Below are positions 24,393 through 28,319 of a DNA stretch of 28,319 bases, piece after piece. Every line of letters starts with the position of its first letter. The first letter of the stretch is position 1. The stretch covers positions 1 through 28,319 of the forward strand of contig CACYBC010000117.1 in NCBI GenBank assembly GCA_902772615.1. Direction: 5' to 3'. The notes beneath the pieces are model-generated. The model was not told the DNA's origin and did not search any database. It was given only the letters and a program-made list of their open reading frames with translations. Source of the DNA: an uncultured Ruminococcus sp. (GTDB lineage Bacteria; Bacillota; Clostridia; Oscillospirales; Ruminococcaceae). The translations under genes and the position numbers were made by a program.

Positions 24393-25079
24393 ATGCAAGG
24401 CAACACCAGTTTCAGCAGAATACTTACGCTTTTGAGAAAAGAGCGCGGCCTCACGCAGAAAGAGGCTGCGGCAAATCTCGGTATCTCACAGGCGCTGCTT
24501 TCTCATTATGAAAAGGGAATAAGGGAATGCGGACTGGACTTCGTTGTCAAGGCATCGGAGTATTACGGCGTTTCCTGTGACTACCTGCTGGGCAGATCGC
24601 CCGACAGGAGCGGGCTGACGCTCACCGTAGACGACATTCCGGACGACAGCAACGACCCGGACGATTCGAAGTACAAGGGCAGTCTTCTGCCGGTGCTCAG
24701 CAAGAAACTGATCATAAACTCGCTGGGGATACTGTATGATATGCTCCTCAAGGCACCGGACAAGGAACTCGTATCGGAAGTGACGAACTATCTCAATTCC
24801 GCGGTGTACAAGATGTTCAGGATCATCTTCTCCAGCTGTCCCAAGAACCAGGATAAGATGTTCTCCATCCCGGATAGATTATACAGCGGTTATGTCGACG
24901 CCTCAATGTCCAGAAGCGAGGCCGAGCTCAGGGACATGCTCTCTGCCCAGCCGTCCGCTCACGGACAGATAGATACCGATTCGTTCCAGACATCCAGCGA
25001 GAAGCTTGCTGGCGACTATCCGCAGCTGTCCTCATCGCTCTTCAACCTGATCCAGCAGAGTGAGAAGAGAGCAAAATGA
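24393..25079 (+). CDS. XRE-family helix-turn-helix regulator with an uncharacterised C-terminal domain
   Basis: LTLLRKERGLTQKEAAANLGISQALLSHYEKGIRECGLDFVVKASEYYGVSCDYLLGRS is a classical HTH_3 domain, followed by about 160 aa with no motif I recognise. Confidence 0.88.
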   Translation: MQGNTSFSRILTLLRKERGLTQKEAAANLGISQALLSHYEKGIRECGLDFVVKASEYYGVSCDYLLGRSPDRSGLTLTVDDIPDDSNDPDDSKYKGSLLPVLSKKLIINSLGILYDMLLKAPDKELVSEVTNYLNSAVYKMFRIIFSSCPKNQDKMFSIPDRLYSGYVDASMSRSEAELRDMLSAQPSAHGQIDTDSFQTSSEKLAGDYPQLSSSLFNLIQQSEKRAK

Positions 25080-25096
25080 AAGGGAGAATCTGATTT

Positions 25097-25132
25097 ACAG
25101 CTGTAAGGCGTAATTGCTTTACAGCTGTTTTT
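25097..25132 (+). terminator. Intrinsic terminator of the XRE gene
   Basis: 13-bp stem ACAGCTGTAAGGC / GCTTTACAGCTGT (one G-U pair) with a 6-nt loop and a T tail. Confidence 0.8.
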
Positions 25133-25147
25133 GTTGCTAAAGCGTCA

Positions 25148-25188
25148 AAGACAGACCCGTCCGTCAGCTTACGGCTGCGAACGGGTCT
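25148..25188 (-). terminator. Probable terminator hairpin of secA
   Basis: Outer stem AGACCCGT / ACGGGTCT with inner CAGC/GCTG, 14 nt past the secA stop. The U-tail (GTCTTT) is weak. Confidence 0.55.
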
Positions 25189-25201
25189 CTTCTTTATATG
25201 A

Positions 25202-27874
25202 TCATTTCTTCTTTTTCTTCTTTTTGTCCTTGTTCTTCCTTACTGTCTGTGCGGTACCTCCGGCTGCAGCAGCGTCCTGGATGTTTTCCTCGACCTGCTT
25301 TTTGGGTACGATCGTAGTTGTGAGGACCTTTCTGGCTGTCTGTTCGCGTATGGCTTCGACCATCTCGTCGAACATGGCGTATCCCTCGCGCCTGTACTCC
25401 ACGACCGGGTCATGCTGCGCGTAAGAGCGGAGATGTATGGCGTTGCGCAGTTCGTCCATATTGTCGATGTGCTCCATCCAGTTCTGGTCAACGGAACTCA
25501 GCAGGGAGAACCTCTCCAGAAGTCTCATCATGTCAGAGCCTATCTGCTCCTCCTTCTTTGCCAGGATGTCCTGGGCCCTGTCGTTCAGCATATCAACGAT
25601 GTCGTCTCTGGTGATCCCGTCAAGTTCGTCTTTGCTGAATCTGAGATCAGCAGGCGTTGTGAGCCATCCGAGATAGTGATCCCTGAGTCCTGACAGGTTC
25701 CAGGGCGTCTCTTCGCTGTGTTCCTCAGGAAGATAGCTGTAGACATTGGCTCTTATGGAATCCAGGACCATGGAATCGATGTTCCTGCGCACGTTCTCGC
25801 CTCTGAGGACCATGTCTCTCTCGGAGTAGATCGTCTCCCTCTGCTGGTTCATGACGTCGTCGTAGCTGAGAACGCTCTTTCTGATGGCGAAGTTGCGTCC
25901 TTCCACCTTCTTCTGGGCGGATTCTATGACGGTCGTCAGGATCCTGTTTTCTATAGGAATGTCGTCCTCGACATTGAGGGTCTCCATGAGCATATTGATC
26001 CTGTCGCCTCCGAAGAGCCTCATGAGATCATCGTCCAGCGCGAGGAAGAACCTGCTTTCGCCGGGGTCTCCCTGACGTCCGCTTCGGCCTCTGAGCTGGT
26101 CATCGATCCTGCGGCTCTCATGTCTCTCCGTGCCTATGATGAACAGCCCGCCTGCCTGTCTGACTTTGTCAGCTTCCGGTCTGATCTCGGCGGTGTATTT
26201 GTCCAGCAGCCTCTTGTACTCCTCTCTGGCCGCGAGGATCTCCTCGTCTTCGGTGTAGTAGTAGGAAGTGGCGGCCTGGATCTGGTCGTCATCCATCCCT
26301 TCGTTGCTCAGGCTGTTCTTTGCCATGTATTCGGCGTTGCCTCCGAGCATGATATCGGTTCCTCGTCCCGCCATGTTCGTGGCGATGGTCACGGCACCGA
26401 ATTTGCCTGCCTGGGCGATTATGAACGCTTCCTTCTCATGGTTCTTGGCGTTCAGAACGTTGTGCCTGATGCCGCGGCGGTCCAGAAGCTTGCTGAGATG
26501 CTCGGATTTATCTATGCTCACCGTGCCGACCAGGACCGGCTGGCCCTTTGAGTGGCATTCTATTATCTGTTCTATGACAGCTCTGTATTTCGCGTCGACG
26601 TTCTTGTATACCGCGTCATCCCAGTCCTTCCTTATTACCGGAGCATTGGTCGGTATAGCGACCACGTCCAGATTGTAGATCTCCTGGAACTCATCTTTCT
26701 CCGTCATTGCCGTACCGGTCATTCCCGACAGTTTTTTATACATGCGGAAGTAGTTCTGGAAGGTTATGGTAGCCAGGGTCCTGTTCTCCCTGGCGACATG
26801 GACATGTTCCTTTGCCTCGATGGCCTGGTGAAGTCCATTGCTGTATCTTCTCCCGATCATGAGACGTCCGGTGAACTCGTCGACTATGATGACTTCGCCG
26901 TTTTTGACGACATAGTCGACATCCCTCTTCATGATACCGTGGGCTCTGATAGCCTGATCGATATGGTGAGCGAGAGTCATGTTCTCCGGATCGGACAGGT
27001 TGGAGATCCCGAAGTGTCTCTGGGCCTTCTCGATGCCTCTCTGGGTGAGGGAACAGCTGTGAGCCTTCTCGTCCACTATGTAGTCTGCGGTGGACGATTC
27101 CATCTCGGTCTTGTCGTCGTGGTCGGTGACGACCTCCTTGACCAGCGCCTTAGCGAAATCATCGGCCTTTCTGTACAGGTCAGTTGATTTGTCGCCTCTT
27201 CCCGAGATGATGAGAGGGGTCCTCGCCTCATCTATGAGGATGGAGTCCACCTCGTCCACTATAGCGAACACGTGTCCGCGCTGAGTCTTGCTCCTGAGAT
27301 CAGCAACCATGTTGTCGCGGAGATAATCGAAGCCCATCTCGTTGTTCGTGCCGTATGTGATGTCGGAGTTGTATGCCTGCTGTCTTGATTCCGGATCCAT
27401 GCCGGGAGCGATAAGTCCCACCGTCAGGCCGAGATAGTTGTATACCTTGCCCATCCACTCGCTATCGCGCTTGGCCAGGTAATCGTTTACCGTTACGATA
27501 TGAACGCCTTCTCCGGTCAGCGCGTTGAGGTAGGCGGGGAGAGTGGAGACGAGTGTCTTTCCTTCTCCTGTCTTCATCTCGGCGATCATTCCTTTATGCA
27601 GAACGATCCCGCCCAGTATCTGGACAGGGAATGGACGCATCTCTAGGACCCTCCAGGATGCCTCGCGGCATGCCGCGAACGCATCGGGCAGGATATCATC
27701 CAGAGTTTCGCCGCCTGCGAGCCTCTTTTTGAACTCAGCAGTCATACCGCGGAGCTCATTCTCGCTCATCTTTTCATACTTGGACTGAAGATCCAGGACC
27801 TGTTTCTGGATCGGCATTATCTTCTTGAGCGTTCTGTCGCTGGAATTTCCGAACAGTCTGTCGAGCAGGGACAT
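25202..27874 (-). CDS. secA: Preprotein translocase ATPase SecA
   Basis: EMKTGEGKT, VTVNDYLA, VDEVDSILIDEARTPLIISG, ATNMAGRGTDI, HESRRIDDQLRGRSGRQGDPG and DPVVEYRREG. Start set at ATG 27874 (MSLLDRLFG), 6 nt after AGAGGT. Confidence 0.98.
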   Translation of the reverse strand: MSLLDRLFGNSSDRTLKKIMPIQKQVLDLQSKYEKMSENELRGMTAEFKKRLAGGETLDDILPDAFAACREASWRVLEMRPFPVQILGGIVLHKGMIAEMKTGEGKTLVSTLPAYLNALTGEGVHIVTVNDYLAKRDSEWMGKVYNYLGLTVGLIAPGMDPESRQQAYNSDITYGTNNEMGFDYLRDNMVADLRSKTQRGHVFAIVDEVDSILIDEARTPLIISGRGDKSTDLYRKADDFAKALVKEVVTDHDDKTEMESSTADYIVDEKAHSCSLTQRGIEKAQRHFGISNLSDPENMTLAHHIDQAIRAHGIMKRDVDYVVKNGEVIIVDEFTGRLMIGRRYSNGLHQAIEAKEHVHVARENRTLATITFQNYFRMYKKLSGMTGTAMTEKDEFQEIYNLDVVAIPTNAPVIRKDWDDAVYKNVDAKYRAVIEQIIECHSKGQPVLVGTVSIDKSEHLSKLLDRRGIRHNVLNAKNHEKEAFIIAQAGKFGAVTIATNMAGRGTDIMLGGNAEYMAKNSLSNEGMDDDQIQAATSYYYTEDEEILAAREEYKRLLDKYTAEIRPEADKVRQAGGLFIIGTERHESRRIDDQLRGRSGRQGDPGESRFFLALDDDLMRLFGGDRINMLMETLNVEDDIPIENRILTTVIESAQKKVEGRNFAIRKSVLSYDDVMNQQRETIYSERDMVLRGENVRRNIDSMVLDSIRANVYSYLPEEHSEETPWNLSGLRDHYLGWLTTPADLRFSKDELDGITRDDIVDMLNDRAQDILAKKEEQIGSDMMRLLERFSLLSSVDQNWMEHIDNMDELRNAIHLRSYAQHDPVVEYRREGYAMFDEMVEAIREQTARKVLTTTIVPKKQVEENIQDAAAAGGTAQTVRKNKDKKKKKKK

Positions 27875-27918
27875 TGACATACCTCTGATTAGTTTTTTGG
27901 GAAAGCGCATACAAATAA

Positions 27919-27927
27919 ATTATATCA
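27919..27927 (-). promoter_or_regulatory. Extended -10 promoter element for secA
   Basis: Minus strand TG-A-TATAAT about 45 nt upstream of the start. TTGCTC lies 19 bp upstream, a poor -35 spacing. Confidence 0.6.
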
Positions 27928-28014
27928 TACGCATCATCATAAGGAGCAATTGTGATACAGGTGTTAACGAGGTGTGTATCTTTGACGAATACAGCCAGAA
28001 AACGGACTATTCTC

Positions 28015-28046
28015 TTGAAAAGGGAGCGCCTGAGCAAGTATACTTG
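28015..28046 (+). promoter_or_regulatory. Putative sigma-A promoter for the IscU-like gene, with a 12-bp palindrome over the -10
   Basis: TTGAAA (28015-28020), 18 bp, TATACT (28039-28044). CAAGTATACTTG (28035-28046) is a perfect palindrome. Confidence 0.6.
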
Positions 28047-28085
28047 TAACGGATTTTTACGCATAATCGCGGAAGGAGTTTGATA

Positions 28086-28319
28086 ATGACATATTCTAAT
28101 GAAGTAGAAAACATGTGTGTTGTCGCCAAGGGTCCGAAACACGGTCCGGCTCCTATTCCTGAAGAAGGAAAATGGATCCAGGCCAAAGAGATTTCCGACA
28201 TCTCCGCGTACACACACGGCGTAGGCTGGTGCGCACCTCAGCAGGGAGCCTGCAAGCTTTCCCTGAACGTCAAGAACGGTATCATCGAGGAAGCTCTTGT
28301 TGAGACGATCGGCTGCTCC
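28086..28319 (+). CDS. Atypical IscU/NifU-like Fe-S scaffold family protein (3'-truncated; not in the ORF track)
   Basis: ATG 28086 after GGAAGGAG. Hand translation: MTYSNEVENMCVVAKGPKHGPAPIPEEGKWIQAKEISDISAYTHGVGWCAPQQGACKLSLNVKNGIIEEALVETIGCS... The G..G...C...KL.L.V..G.I..A..ET.GC pattern is IscU-like. Confidence 0.82.
   Translation, partial: MTYSNEVENMCVVAKGPKHGPAPIPEEGKWIQAKEISDISAYTHGVGWCAPQQGACKLSLNVKNGIIEEALVETIGCS

Noticed and set aside
25094-25128. Direct repeat TTTACAGCTGT x2 as a mini-array or operator
   Set aside because: It is explained by the terminator stem, whose arms contain the self-complementary ACAGCTGT.
25150-25240. Frameshift or pseudogenisation removing the SecA zinc motif
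   Set aside because: No CPCGSG-coding remnant appears in any frame downstream, and a terminator hairpin follows the stop directly.
682-27187. Other long antisense or alternate-frame ORFs (e.g. 682-1371, 2409-3296, 4544-5239, 10283-11218, 14575-15312, 22381-23052, 25718-26551, 26552-27187)
   Set aside because: All lie within well-supported genes, have no motifs and show composition typical of shadow frames.
28007-28213. 68-aa minus-strand ORF and 147-aa plus-strand ORF (27774-28217) near the window end
   Set aside because: They overlap the secA start, the promoters and the real IscU-like frame beginning at 28086. They have no SD or motifs.
1-28319. CRISPR arrays, IS/transposase/integrase genes, tRNA/rRNA genes, stop-codon recoding
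   Set aside because: I saw no regularly spaced repeats, terminal inverted repeats or RNA-gene signatures. Genes end at TGA, TAA and TAG at the expected family lengths.

Overview
A gene-dense, moderately GC-rich stretch of core chromosome from an anaerobic Firmicute (Clostridia; an Oscillospirales-like gut or rumen lineage is my inference). It uses standard genetic code 11, and I see no mobile element, CRISPR array, rRNA or tRNA. In order it holds: (1) the conserved xseA-xseB-ispA-dxs-tlyA-nadK-argR-recN operon, followed by ytvI rather than the usual spoIVB-spo0A; (2) a convergent two-gene unit of a Na+-translocating decarboxylase beta subunit and a 43-aa OadG-like membrane peptide that the ORF track missed, with no alpha or biotin subunit; (3) queA-bcp-tgt-yajC; (4) a class A PBP with a long acidic N-terminal tail and a C-terminal Cys3-His motif; (5) a minus-strand run of two paralogous type-B carboxylesterases, nfnAB, a GH51 arabinofuranosidase and a histidine phosphatase; (6) an XRE regulator; (7) secA lacking the SEC-C zinc motif; and (8) the 5' end of an atypical IscU-like gene, also missing from the ORF track. 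No unmistakable novel multi-gene system is proven here. The best leads are the orphan decarboxylase beta/gamma module, the IscU-like gene (predicted partner of a GGGtGRT protein), the esterase pair with GH51, and several lineage-specific protein remodellings.
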